From assembly GCA_937148845.1 (NCBI GenBank), contig CAKZRW010000025.1, positions 2,318 through 66,317 of the forward strand: DNA of 64,000 bases, written 5' to 3'. This DNA comes from an uncultured Actinomycetes bacterium. Lineage in GTDB: Bacteria; Actinomycetota; Thermoleophilia; RBG-16-64-13. Position numbers and translations under genes: made by a program. The notes under the pieces were generated by a model. That model was not told where the DNA came from, ran no database searches, and saw only the letters and a list, made by a program, of their open reading frames with translations. Positions 35,096 through 44,743 of the stretch are shown piece by piece; within the stretch, counting starts at the first letter, position 1, and every line of letters begins with the position of its first letter.

Positions 35096-35961
35096 GGGCG
35101 GAGGAAGAACGGCTGCGCACCCTGGTCCGGGAGCTGGGTAGCGCACTGGTGGCCTTCTCGGGAGGGGTGGACTCGACCGTGCTCCTCAAGGTGGCTGTGG
35201 AGGAGCTGGGCGTGGATTCCGTCCTTGCTGTCACGGCTGTGGGCGAGGTATATCCGGAAGCCGAGAGCCGGGCCGCCTCTCTGACGGCCGCTCGGTTGGG
35301 GGTGAGACACCGGGTCCTGAGGCAGGACAAGCTCTCGATTCCGGGCTTCGCCTCCAATCCACCTGACCGTTGCTTCCTCTGCCGAAGCGATCTGTATCGA
35401 GCGCTACTCGGATTGGCTGCAGAGGAGAGGCTGGCGGCAGTGGTGGATGGGGCTAACGCAGACGACGCAGGTGACTACCGGCCCGGAATGGCAGCGGCAG
35501 TGAGGCTGGGCGTGCGCAGTCCGTTGCTGGAGGCTGGCCTCACCAAAGCACAGGTGCGAGAGCTGGCCAGGCGTCTTGGCTTGCCAGAGGCGGACAGACT
35601 GTCGTCTCCTTGTCTTGCTTCGCGCATCCCCTACGGAGAGGGCATTTCCGCTCAGAAGTTGCGCATGATCGAGCAGGCTGAGACTGTTCTCCGTCACCTG
35701 GGATTTGCCCAGGTGAGGGTGCGGCATCGCGGTGAGCTTGCCAGCATCGAGGTCGAGGAAAAGGAGCTGCCCCGCCTCGTCGAAGAGTCCGTCCGTCGTG
35801 CTATCGTTCACCATCTGCGTGAACTAGGTTTTGGGTATGTGACTGTGGACCTAGAGGGTTTTCGAAGCGGGAGCCTCAACCGGGGGCTGGGAGCAGCAGC
35901 GAAGCCGGTGACTCAGCACAGCCGCGGTGTGCTCTGCGACCGGGAGGATGAGCAGGGATGA
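35092..35961 (+). CDS. LarE-like PP-loop ATP pyrophosphatase (TIGR00268 family), three-Cys ([4Fe-4S]-type) variant
   Basis: GTGA overlap with the thiF-like stop. PP-loop AFSGGVDST. Conserved [15 protein letters not shown] (LarE catalytic-Cys region) plus CFLC upstream, giving 3 Cys. ~289 aa. Confidence 0.75.
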   Translation: MRAEEERLRTLVRELGSALVAFSGGVDSTVLLKVAVEELGVDSVLAVTAVGEVYPEAESRAASLTAARLGVRHRVLRQDKLSIPGFASNPPDRCFLCRSDLYRALLGLAAEERLAAVVDGANADDAGDYRPGMAAAVRLGVRSPLLEAGLTKAQVRELARRLGLPEADRLSSPCLASRIPYGEGISAQKLRMIEQAETVLRHLGFAQVRVRHRGELASIEVEEKELPRLVEESVRRAIVHHLRELGFGYVTVDLEGFRSGSLNRGLGAAAKPVTQHSRGVLCDREDEQG

Positions 35962-36794
35962 AGTCGGGTAATGCCAGCGCATCACCAGCCGGAGGGGCCT
36001 CAGGTCTACTCAAGGTGGCCCTGGCCGCGGGCGCAGCCTATGCCTATCTTCGTCTGACCCAAACCGGGCGCAGACTTGCAGCGACCATGGCGCGGGACAT
36101 GCAGGCTATCCGCGAGCGCGACCCAGCTGCCAGGAACGACCTGGAAATACTCACCTGCTACCCCGGCCTGCACGCCTTGTGGTTCCACCGTCTGGCCCAT
36201 GCGCTGTGGCGGCGCAAAGTGCCGGTGCTGCCCCGCTTCGTCTCGCAGGTCAACCGTTTCCTGACCGGCATCGAGATCCATCCGGCGGCGACTCTCGGCG
36301 ACGGGCTCTTCATCGACCATGGAGCGGGAGTGGTTATCGGCGAGACCTCGGAGGTAGGTGAGAACGTCACCATCTATCAGGGGGTGACTCTGGGAGGCAC
36401 CGGCAAAGAAACCGGCAAACGTCATCCCACCATCGGTGACAACGTGGTGATAGGCGCTGGCGCCTTGCTGCTGGGGTCCATCAAGGTGGGGGATAACGTC
36501 AAAGTCGGAGCAGGCAGCGTGGTCATCCATGACGTGCCGCCCAACTCGACCGTAGTAGGCAACCCGGGACGTACCGTTATCACGGACGGAGCGAAGGTGG
36601 GCATACCAGACATCGACTACACCCATCTTCCTGACCCGGTGGCGGAAGCTATGCGTTGCTTGGTGCGCCGGGTGATCCAGCTAGAGAGTGAGCTCGAGGA
36701 ACTGCGCGTCATATGCGGAAAGGCACCCAGCGAGAGAGTCCCGATCAACGAAGAGGTATGCGACCTCTTGGGTGACGGCGTAGAGGATGCCTGA
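35958..36794 (+). CDS. cysE: serine O-acetyltransferase (hexapeptide-repeat, B. subtilis-type with C-terminal helix)
   Basis: Conserved core from [38 protein letters not shown] (Met at ~36087) through left-handed beta-helix [31 protein letters not shown]-coupled ATG at 35958 adds an Ala-rich 43-aa leader of uncertain reality. Confidence 0.85.
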   Translation: MKSGNASASPAGGASGLLKVALAAGAAYAYLRLTQTGRRLAATMARDMQAIRERDPAARNDLEILTCYPGLHALWFHRLAHALWRRKVPVLPRFVSQVNRFLTGIEIHPAATLGDGLFIDHGAGVVIGETSEVGENVTIYQGVTLGGTGKETGKRHPTIGDNVVIGAGALLLGSIKVGDNVKVGAGSVVIHDVPPNSTVVGNPGRTVITDGAKVGIPDIDYTHLPDPVAEAMRCLVRRVIQLESELEELRVICGKAPSERVPINEEVCDLLGDGVEDA

Positions 36795-39033
36795 TTCCCT
36801 CTTGGAAAGACTTGCGGCCGACCTCAATGAGAGGCAGCAGCAGGCCGTGTTTCACCCTGGGGGACCCTTGCTCGTCCTGGCGGGCGCTGGTTCGGGCAAG
36901 ACCCGTGTTCTCACCTATCGGCTGGCCTACCTGGTGCTGAGCGGCCGGGTGCGACCGTACCAGGTCCTTGCCATCACCTTTACAAACAAAGCTGCGGGCG
37001 AGATGAAGCAAAGGGTGGCTCGCCTGTTGGGGGGCAGTGCGGACTGGGCCTGGGTCGCGACCTTCCATTCCGCTTGCGCCCGGCTCCTCAGACGGGAGGC
37101 GCCCCTGCTCGGCTATGGGAGCAATTTCTCCATATACGACGAGGAGGACTCCGTCCGTCTGGTCAAGCACTGTCTAGAGGAGCTGCATCTCGATACCAAG
37201 CGCTTTCCACCAAGAGGGGTGCGCAGCATCATCTCGGAGGCCAAGAACAGGTTGGTGGACATCGACGACTTCGCCCGCGCGCCGGCAGCTGCTGCCGAGG
37301 GAGGGACAGGAGGGGGGCGGGAGCGTGACTACTATCATGAGGTGGTAGCGGCCGTCTACCGGAGATACCAGTCGCGGCTCCGTGCGCTGAATGCCATGGA
37401 CTTCGACGACCTTCTGATGCGCACGGTCGACGTGTTCCAGCTTTTTCCCCAGCGCCTGGCTTTCTATCGTAAGCAGTTCCGTCACGTGCTCGTGGACGAG
37501 TATCAGGACACCAACCGGGCCCAGTATGTGCTGGTGAAGTTGCTGACCGAGGGACACCGGCAGGTCACCGTGGTCGGCGACGATGACCAGTCGATCTACT
37601 CGTGGCGGGGGGCCGATCCCACCAACATGCTGAGCTTTGAGGACGACTTTCCCGAGGCCACTATCATCCGGCTGGAGCAGAACTACCGCTCGTACAGCAC
37701 TATCCTAGATGCCGCCAACGCGCTGGTGAGCCACAACCGAGGCCGGAAGCCCAAGAAGCTGTGGACCGACCGCGGCGCCGGAGAACCGGTGGTGCTCTTG
37801 GAATGCCGCGATGAGCATGAAGAGGCGCGCTTGGTCTGCGAAGAGATCGTACATCTCTTGGATGAGCGTCCCGCCTCCGACATCGCCGTCTTCTACCGGG
37901 TCAACGCCCAATCGCGAGTGCTCGAAGACATGCTGGTGCGGCAAGGGGTCCCGTACCGGGTCATCGGGAGCATGAAGTTCTATCAGCGGGCTGAGATCAA
38001 GGACTTGCTGGCCTACCTGCGTGTGGTGGTAAACCCCGGAGATGATTTCTCGTTGCTTCGGATCATCAACACTCCTCGGCGGGGACTGGGGGAAGCCGCC
38101 GTGGGACGTCTGCAGTCGCTAGCGGCGGAATCGGGGGTGCCGTTACGAGAGGTCCTCTTGTCAGCCTCCAGGATCGAAGGTCTCTCGCCTTCAGCTCGAC
38201 GCGCCTGCCAACGCCTGGGAGAAGACTTCGCCCGGTGGGAAAAAGTCGCCCTGGGGCAGGACAAGGAGGGCGGAAAGCCCTCGGTCGCTGCGATCACTCG
38301 GCAGGTACTCGAAGAAAGTGGGTTGAGGCCGGCCCTTGCTGCGGAAAGGACGGTCGAAGCCGAAGGACGCCTGGAAAACCTGGATGAGTTCGTCGCTGTG
38401 GCGGAAGAGTATGACCGGTTGAACCCCGACGGAGACCTCGAGAGCTTCTTGGAGGAGATCAGCCTGTACGCGGAGGCAGACAGTGTCCGAGAGGGTGAGC
38501 CGGTAGTCACTCTCATGACCCTTCACAATGCCAAAGGCCTGGAATTCGCGGTGGTCTTCATTACCGGGCTGGAAGAGGGCCTCTGCCCACACTCGCGCTC
38601 ACTGGAGGAGCACAGGCTGGAGGAGGAGCGTCGGCTCTGTTACGTGGGGATCACGCGGGCTCGCGATCGTCTTTACTTGTCACACTGTCGTGCGCGCACC
38701 CTTCATGGAGGGGGCGGCTACCGCTTCCCCAGTCGCTTCTTGAGCGAGATACCGGGGCACTTGTTCGAGCGGCGGCTGGCAGAGAGAACGGCGAGCAACC
38801 TGCACCCGGCCTCTCGGACCAGCTTCTCCGAGAGAAGCATTCCCCGGGTGGCGGCGGACGGCAAGACCGCTTCGGGATATGGTTTCGCTACTGGCGACAG
38901 AGTCGTCCATGCGACGTTCGGGGAGGGCGTGGTGCTGGGAGTAGAGCCGGGGGGAGTGGTACGAGTGTACTTCCAGGAACTGGGCGCGGAGAAACGCCTG
39001 CTTGTTGAGTACGCGCCGCTCCGTCGTCTGTAG
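36787..39033 (+). CDS. pcrA: ATP-dependent DNA helicase PcrA/UvrD (SF1A)
   Basis: 748 aa. Walker [12 protein letters not shown], motifs VDEYQDTN and [10 protein letters not shown], and a C-terminal Tudor-like domain. Confidence 0.9.
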   Translation: MPDSLLERLAADLNERQQQAVFHPGGPLLVLAGAGSGKTRVLTYRLAYLVLSGRVRPYQVLAITFTNKAAGEMKQRVARLLGGSADWAWVATFHSACARLLRREAPLLGYGSNFSIYDEEDSVRLVKHCLEELHLDTKRFPPRGVRSIISEAKNRLVDIDDFARAPAAAAEGGTGGGRERDYYHEVVAAVYRRYQSRLRALNAMDFDDLLMRTVDVFQLFPQRLAFYRKQFRHVLVDEYQDTNRAQYVLVKLLTEGHRQVTVVGDDDQSIYSWRGADPTNMLSFEDDFPEATIIRLEQNYRSYSTILDAANALVSHNRGRKPKKLWTDRGAGEPVVLLECRDEHEEARLVCEEIVHLLDERPASDIAVFYRVNAQSRVLEDMLVRQGVPYRVIGSMKFYQRAEIKDLLAYLRVVVNPGDDFSLLRIINTPRRGLGEAAVGRLQSLAAESGVPLREVLLSASRIEGLSPSARRACQRLGEDFARWEKVALGQDKEGGKPSVAAITRQVLEESGLRPALAAERTVEAEGRLENLDEFVAVAEEYDRLNPDGDLESFLEEISLYAEADSVREGEPVVTLMTLHNAKGLEFAVVFITGLEEGLCPHSRSLEEHRLEEERRLCYVGITRARDRLYLSHCRARTLHGGGGYRFPSRFLSEIPGHLFERRLAERTASNLHPASRTSFSERSIPRVAADGKTASGYGFATGDRVVHATFGEGVVLGVEPGGVVRVYFQELGAEKRLLVEYAPLRRL

Positions 39034-39305
39034 AGAGCCTTAGTCAACTAGCGTCTGCAGCAAGGAGCTTCAGTCTGCCCGGCGTAGACCGCTAGGCCGG
39101 CGCAGGCAACTCCGCGCGGGAGAGTAGGTGAGCCCACGGTCTGCCTCAAGTGCCCGAGGACCTGCCTCCTTCTAAGTCTCCCAGGTCCTTCGTCACCTGT
39201 CTAGGAGTCGGGGGCCTGCGGTCCCTCTTTCTGGCCAGCCCGACGAGCGGTGCTGCACCTAGAGACCGACGTAGGTTCTATGCGCCCTTGGCTCCGCATG
39301 ATTTG

Positions 39306-39334
39306 TTGCACTATCTCAATCCGCATTATTTATT
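39306..39334 (+). promoter_or_regulatory. candidate Pmra promoter in AT-rich island (TTGCAC ... TATTTATT)
   Basis: The only strongly AT-rich stretch in the 420-nt pcrA-mraZ spacer: atttgTTGCACtatctcaatccgcatTATTTATTgcatg. It lies ~60 nt upstream of the MraZ-box array. Confidence 0.35.
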
Positions 39335-39392
39335 GCATGCCCGGGCCGAGTGGCAACCCGTAGCGGCCCGCATCGAGAAGGGTTTTCGCCCG

Positions 39393-39453
39393 CTATGTGG
39401 AAGGTTTGTGGGAAATTGTGTTGCATTGTGTCAAGAAGTGGTTTAAAGTGGTG
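39393..39453 (+). promoter_or_regulatory. MraZ-box array: six (A/T)3 GTG(G/T) repeats phased at exactly 10 bp, abutting the mraZ start codon
   Basis: ctatGTGGaa ggtttGTGGg aaattGTGTt gcattGTGTc aagaaGTGGt ttaaaGTGGt gactATG. The GTG cores sit at ~39397/39408/39418/39428/39438/39448. This matches the AAAGTG[T/G] 10-bp direct-repeat MraZ operator described for Mollicutes/Firmicutes. Confidence 0.6.
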
Positions 39454-39456
39454 ACT

Positions 39457-39879
39457 ATGCAACGGATCTTGCTGTCAGGGACCTTTGACCACTCCTTGGA
39501 CGCGAAGGGGAGAGTCACCTTGCCCGCGCGCTATCGTGAGTATTTCCGCGGTGGCGCTGTTCTAGTTCGCCTTCGTCCCGATGAACCCTGCATCCGGGTC
39601 TATCACCCTGCCGCCTGGGAAGAGTACGACAGCCGTTTCATCGACCCGCTGGACACTTTCGAGAACGATGACCACAGTTGGCGGACGCGTCTCATCTACA
39701 TGAACCAGGATTTCGTCGAGCCCGACGGGCAAGGCCGAGTCCTGGTACCCGCCAAACACATAGAAGAGCTGGGGCTCGGCGGTAAAGTGACGATCATCGG
39801 CAACCGGACCCATTTGGAGATCTGGAACCCCGAGACTCTGGCCGCGTTGGTCCAGCAGAAGGTTGGCAACCATGCCTAG
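39457..39879 (+). CDS. mraZ: transcriptional regulator MraZ
   Basis: Track ORF starts at 39397 inside the repeat array. ATG at 39457 gives MQRILLSGTFDHSLDAKGRVTLPARYRE, matching the duplicated MraZ DxxGR motif (140 aa). Confidence 0.9.
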   Translation: MQRILLSGTFDHSLDAKGRVTLPARYREYFRGGAVLVRLRPDEPCIRVYHPAAWEEYDSRFIDPLDTFENDDHSWRTRLIYMNQDFVEPDGQGRVLVPAKHIEELGLGGKVTIIGNRTHLEIWNPETLAALVQQKVGNHA

Positions 39880-40837
39880 CGCCGCGGCCTCTTTCCAGGT
39901 GGAGCAAGAGCAAGCCCATGTGCCTGTCCTCCTCGAGGAGTTGCTGACGGTACTGGCCGTGAAGGAGGACAGTCGGGTCTTGGACTGCACCTTTGGAGCG
40001 GGCGGACACGCCACCGCGATCGGTCAGTCACTGGGACCCACAGGTCTGCTGGTGGCCTGCGATCGAGACCCCATCGCTCAGAAGTACTACACAGCCTTGG
40101 CGCAACGGCTACGTTGTCCGAGTCAATTCTTGGCAGGCGATTTTGCGGATGCCCTTGAGACTCTCCGGGCCGAGAGCTTGACGTTCACCCACGTGTACAT
40201 GGACCTGGGCGTGAGCAGCATGCAGGTCGACACTCTGGAACGAGGCTTCTCGTACAGTTTCGATGCTCCTCTCGACATGAGGATGGACCCAAGTCTGCCG
40301 GTCACCGCAGCCGACATCGTGAACAGCTGGCCGGAGAAAGACCTGGCGGATCTTTTCACCCGCTATGGGGAGGAAAGACATTCGCGGCGCATTGCCCGGG
40401 CCATCATCAGGCGGCGGAGTGCGAGTCCTTTCATGCGCACCGCTGACCTGGTGCAGGTGATAAAGGACGCCATCCCTACTCCAGCTCGTTTCGGAGCTGG
40501 CAATCCGGCGCGCAGGGTTTTCCAGGCTCTTCGCATTCAGGTGAACAATGAGCTGGACAGTCTGAAGCGGGCTCTGCCGTCGGCCTTTGCCGTCCTGGAG
40601 CCTGGTGGGGTCTTGGCGGTCATCAGCTTTCATTCTTTAGAGGACCGGTTGGTGAAGGAGTTTTTCGTCTCGAAAGTACGGTCCTGCAGCTGCCCGCCCG
40701 ACTTCCCCATCTGCGTGTGCGGAGGAAGACCGACCGGCGAGCTGATCACGACCAAAGCCATCGCCCCCACTGCCCGGGAGGTCGCGATGAATCCCCGTTC
40801 CAGCTCTGCCCGCCTGCGAGCTTTGAGGAAATTGTGA
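39863..40837 (+). CDS. rsmH: 16S rRNA (cytosine1402-N4)-methyltransferase RsmH (MraW)
   Basis: 324 aa. HVPVLLEE N-terminus, SAM-binding DCTFGAGGH, and DLGVSS motif. Confidence 0.9.
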   Translation: MATMPSAAASFQVEQEQAHVPVLLEELLTVLAVKEDSRVLDCTFGAGGHATAIGQSLGPTGLLVACDRDPIAQKYYTALAQRLRCPSQFLAGDFADALETLRAESLTFTHVYMDLGVSSMQVDTLERGFSYSFDAPLDMRMDPSLPVTAADIVNSWPEKDLADLFTRYGEERHSRRIARAIIRRRSASPFMRTADLVQVIKDAIPTPARFGAGNPARRVFQALRIQVNNELDSLKRALPSAFAVLEPGGVLAVISFHSLEDRLVKEFFVSKVRSCSCPPDFPICVCGGRPTGELITTKAIAPTAREVAMNPRSSSARLRALRKL

Positions 40838-41379
40838 TGGCTGCCGGGTCACGTGCCGCTTGGATCGAAGCTTGGGAGGCCGACCTGACCCCCTCGCCGG
40901 CTGCTCTGCGGAGTGCTGCCCGGATGGAAGCGCGTATGCGCGCGGCTCGATACTACGGGTCGGAAGCCGTTGCCCGCATGCCCCGGCCAGCAGCAAGTGC
41001 GGACAGAGCTGTTGCGCCACCGCAGCTGAGAGTCATCACTCGCCGGCGCCCGCGGCGAGGGCTGCTGGCGTTCACCGTCTTGCTGGCAGTTCTGATATTG
41101 GCGGGGGCGGTGGTCTGCCCCATGCTTCTGACTGCTGCGGTCACCGATGTGGAGTCCCAGGGAGCACGGGCAGAGGCCCAGAGGCAGGTGCTGGCGGCTG
41201 AGGTGGCCACATTGTCGGCCAAGATCTCCGCACTCGCTGCTCCCGACCGCCTGTCCGAGGTGGCGGCCCAGCTGGGGCTGGGCCCCGCCCAGACCGTACG
41301 CTACGTGACCTCAGACGGCCTGCCAGCCGAAAGGCAACCAGTCGCAAGCCAAGGAGAAACGATCATCGCCGGTCGATGA
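40837..41379 (+). CDS. ftsL: cell division protein FtsL (bitopic, coiled-coil)
   Basis: Track ORF 40717 over-extended. ATG at 40837 (TGATG overlap with rsmH) gives a basic cytoplasmic tail, a TM helix (LLAFTVLLAVLILAGAVV) and a periplasmic coiled coil. Position between rsmH and ftsI. Confidence 0.75.
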   Translation: MAAGSRAAWIEAWEADLTPSPAALRSAARMEARMRAARYYGSEAVARMPRPAASADRAVAPPQLRVITRRRPRRGLLAFTVLLAVLILAGAVVCPMLLTAAVTDVESQGARAEAQRQVLAAEVATLSAKISALAAPDRLSEVAAQLGLGPAQTVRYVTSDGLPAERQPVASQGETIIAGR

Positions 41380-41382
41380 AGC

Positions 41383-43050
41383 ATGAAACGTGCAAACCTG
41401 AGACTCGGACTGTTTATGGGAGTGGCCGTCATCTTGTTGACGGCCCTCTTCTTCCGAGTCTTCTACGTCCAGGTGATCGCTTCTCCACCCCTGCAGCAGA
41501 AGGCGGAGGAGCAGCATGTGCGGCTTGTAGAGCTACCTGCACCGCGGGGCAGCATCTACGATCGCAACGGCGAGCTCCTGGCGGTCTCGGAGGCCACGGC
41601 CACGGTCTGGGCCAATCCTCGACAGATCAAGACTGAGGAGGCTGAGAAGACCGCGCGGGCTCTCGGGCCTGTGATCGGCCTGTCGGCGGAGAGTGTTCTG
41701 GCGAAGCTGCGGACTGACGCAGGTTTCCGGTACTTGGTCCGGCGGGTGGGTCTCCAGGTGGGAGAGCGTGTGAAGGCGCTTGCTCTGCCGGGGATCGGCG
41801 TGATGGTCGAACCCAAGCGGGTGTATCCCAAAGGCTCCCTTGCTTCGCAAGTCCTTGGCAGCGTGGGAGGAGACCGCTACCAGGGACTGGAAGGCATCGA
41901 GTTCCAATACGATCGGTTGCTGGCCGGTACCCCGGGGGAGATGCGGGTGGTCAGCGATCGCACCCGTACGCGTCGTCTCCAGACCGTGGTAACCCGGGAA
42001 GTGCAGCAAGGAGCCGACCTTTGCCTCACTATCGATGCCCAGATCCAATTCGAGGCGCAGAAAGCTCTGAGTCAGGCTGTGACTGATTACAAAGCAAAAC
42101 GGGCCTGCGCTGTAGTGATGGACCCTCACACCGGGGAGCTCCTGGCCCTGGCGGTCACGCCCACTTATGACGCCAATGCCTGGACGAGCGCCGAAAGGCA
42201 GGCGCGGCGCAACTGGGCTGTGACGGACCAGTATGAGCCAGGTTCGACATTCAAGATGGTGGTGGTAGCAGCCGCTCTAGAGAGTGGCCTGGTAAAGCCG
42301 GACACCGTGTTCACCTTGCCTCGTGAGCTCGAGGTGTTCGACAAGACCATACACGAGGCAGAGGACAACGTGCCCGAAGTCAGGCGGCTCACGGTGGCTG
42401 AGATTCTGGCCCAGTCATCCAACATCGGGGCCGCTCTTCTGGGGAAGGAAGTGGGTAAGGAACGGTTAGTGGCGATGATCCGCCGCTTTGGTTTCACTGG
42501 GAAGCTGGGAGTAGACTTTCCCGGCGAGGCCGGGGGTCAGATGCTGTCGCCGGACAAGTGGAATGGCCTTACCATCTACAACGTTCCCCTGGGCCAGGGT
42601 ATAGCGGTTACGCCTTTGCAGCTGGCTGCGGCCTATGCAGCCATAGCCAATGACGGGGTCTTGGTGCAGCCGCACTTGAACCGCGATAAGACCGGACTGT
42701 GGACCCGCCGGGTGGTGGTTCCCGAGGTGGCCGGTGAATTGCGCGAAATGCTGAAGATGACTGTGGAAGCCGGGACGGGTAGGCAGGCGCGCCTCCAGGG
42801 ATATGTGGTGGCCGGCAAGACCGGCACCGCCCAGAAGCCGGAGGCGGGCGGCTACTCTCACGAGAAGGTCTATGCCTCTTTTGTCGGCATGGTGCCCGCT
42901 GACAACCCGCGCCTGGTGATCCTGGTGGTGGTCGACGAGCCAACCACGGAGCGATCGGGTGCTCTGGTAGCGGCTCCTGTCTTCGCCAAGATCGCCGATT
43001 TCTCTCTACGCCGTCTGGGCATCGCTCCCACTGTCGCTCCGGTTCAGTGA
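41383..43050 (+). CDS. ftsI: peptidoglycan D,D-transpeptidase FtsI (class B PBP, divisome)
   Basis: 555 aa. N-terminal TM, PBP dimer domain, transpeptidase motifs STFK, SSN and KTGT. Confidence 0.9.
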   Translation: MKRANLRLGLFMGVAVILLTALFFRVFYVQVIASPPLQQKAEEQHVRLVELPAPRGSIYDRNGELLAVSEATATVWANPRQIKTEEAEKTARALGPVIGLSAESVLAKLRTDAGFRYLVRRVGLQVGERVKALALPGIGVMVEPKRVYPKGSLASQVLGSVGGDRYQGLEGIEFQYDRLLAGTPGEMRVVSDRTRTRRLQTVVTREVQQGADLCLTIDAQIQFEAQKALSQAVTDYKAKRACAVVMDPHTGELLALAVTPTYDANAWTSAERQARRNWAVTDQYEPGSTFKMVVVAAALESGLVKPDTVFTLPRELEVFDKTIHEAEDNVPEVRRLTVAEILAQSSNIGAALLGKEVGKERLVAMIRRFGFTGKLGVDFPGEAGGQMLSPDKWNGLTIYNVPLGQGIAVTPLQLAAAYAAIANDGVLVQPHLNRDKTGLWTRRVVVPEVAGELREMLKMTVEAGTGRQARLQGYVVAGKTGTAQKPEAGGYSHEKVYASFVGMVPADNPRLVILVVVDEPTTERSGALVAAPVFAKIADFSLRRLGIAPTVAPVQ

Positions 43051-43060
43051 CCGGGCCGGG

Positions 43061-44743
43061 ATGGTAGAATCACGGACTGTGAAACTCAGCGTTCTTTTCG
43101 CCGGTGTCGAGACCTGGCAGGTCATTGGCTCGGCCGACACGGACATCAAAGCGTTGACCTACCGCAGTGACCAAGCCGGCCCTGGTGCACTGTTCTTCTG
43201 CGTTCCTGGTCATGTCAGAGACGGCCACGATTTCGCCTCTCAGGCGGTGGCACAGGGGGCTACCGCTCTCTGCGTAGAGCGGCCGCTGGACCTGCCGGTC
43301 GCCCAGGTGGTGGTGCCCTCGGTGCGAGCCGTCATGGGTTCGGTGGCAGCGGCCTTCTATGGCTATCCCAGCCGCCGCCTGCTCACGGCAGGAGTGACCG
43401 GCACTAACGGCAAGACCACCTCGACGTTTCTAGTGGCTCACCTCTGTGACTGCTCCGGGCTCCGAGCTGGCCTTATAGGGACGGTAGAGCGTCGTATCGG
43501 CGGTCAGAGTCTTCCTGCGGGGCGGACCACACCCGAGGCCGTCGACATCCAGCGTGATCTTGCTGAAATGGTGGCTGCCGGTGATCAGGTCGCCGTGATG
43601 GAGGTATCCTCCCATGCCCTGGACCAAGGCCGGGCCCGTGGTCTTGACTTCCGGGTGGTGACCTTCACCAATCTGACCCAGGACCACTTAGACTATCACG
43701 TTACCATGGAAGCGTACTTCGGCGCCAAGAGTCGGTTGTTCTTAGCTCCTGAGTTCGCCTCTGCCAAGCCTCTGGCGGTGCTTAACCTGGACGATCCCTT
43801 CGGTAGACGTCTGGCAATCGCGTGTGGAAAGGAGCGGGTGCTAGGCTTCTCCACTAGACCGCTAGACGAACGCAGTACGATCGAGGCGGAGTGGACGGCT
43901 CCAGCTGACCTGGAGTGGAGTGATTTTGAAATCACTCCCCAGGGCAACCGAGGGGCCTTAGTGCTGCGGGGTCGCGCTCTGGAGCTGGCGGGACTTTCCG
44001 CGGAGAGGAGTCGAGATCGGCATCGGTCCCGAGCGGAGGCCCGTTTTCCCGTTGCTACGCGTCTGGTGGGCAGTTTCAACGTCGCGAACACCCTCACTGC
44101 GTTGGGAGTGGGGCTTGGTCTGGGCCTTGATTTCGAGAAAATGCTTGCCGATCTGCTCTCGTTCTCTGGGGTTCCCGGGCGAATGGAGACAGTAGATGAG
44201 GGGCAGGATTTCCTGGTGCTGGTGGACTACGCTCACACCCCTGATTCTGTGCGCAACGTGTTGGTCACAGCCCGGCAGCTTACCAGAGGACGGCTGCTGG
44301 CGGTTCTTGGCTGCGGGGGGGATCGTGACCGGACTAAGCGACCCCTCATGGGACGAGAAGGTGAGAAGAACGCAGACGTCCTCATCGTGACCTCCGACAA
44401 CCCTCGTACTGAGGACCCACTGGGGATCATCAACGACATCTTGCAAGGCCTCAGCTCTCCTTCCGGGGCAGTGGTAGAACCTGACCGTAGGCAGGCCATC
44501 GCCACCGCCATCAGCCTGGCCGAACCCGGGGACGTGGTGATGATCTTGGGCAAGGGGCACGAAAGGGGTCAGGAGTTCGCCGGTTTCACCCTGCCTTTTG
44601 ATGATAGGGAGGTCGCTCGCGAAACTTTGCGAGCCCATTTAGAGCGGACCAGGGGGAGCCGGCGCCTGGGCAAGATTAAAGCGGAGAGCGCACGAAGAGC
44701 GGCACTCGGCCAGGACCGAGTGACTGAGGGGGAGGGCGAGTGA
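43061..44743 (+). CDS. murE: UDP-N-acetylmuramoyl-L-alanyl-D-glutamate--2,6-diaminopimelate ligase
   Basis: 560 aa. Mur ligase with GVTGTNGKTT. DNPRTEDP motif near the C-terminus is typical of meso-DAP-adding MurE. Confidence 0.9.
   Translation: MVESRTVKLSVLFAGVETWQVIGSADTDIKALTYRSDQAGPGALFFCVPGHVRDGHDFASQAVAQGATALCVERPLDLPVAQVVVPSVRAVMGSVAAAFYGYPSRRLLTAGVTGTNGKTTSTFLVAHLCDCSGLRAGLIGTVERRIGGQSLPAGRTTPEAVDIQRDLAEMVAAGDQVAVMEVSSHALDQGRARGLDFRVVTFTNLTQDHLDYHVTMEAYFGAKSRLFLAPEFASAKPLAVLNLDDPFGRRLAIACGKERVLGFSTRPLDERSTIEAEWTAPADLEWSDFEITPQGNRGALVLRGRALELAGLSAERSRDRHRSRAEARFPVATRLVGSFNVANTLTALGVGLGLGLDFEKMLADLLSFSGVPGRMETVDEGQDFLVLVDYAHTPDSVRNVLVTARQLTRGRLLAVLGCGGDRDRTKRPLMGREGEKNADVLIVTSDNPRTEDPLGIINDILQGLSSPSGAVVEPDRRQAIATAISLAEPGDVVMILGKGHERGQEFAGFTLPFDDREVARETLRAHLERTRGSRRLGKIKAESARRAALGQDRVTEGEGE

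Noticed and set aside
39150-39446. 98-aa plus-strand ORF in the pcrA-mraZ spacer
   Set aside because: No Shine-Dalgarno and no homology. It reads across the AT-rich promoter island and the MraZ repeat array.
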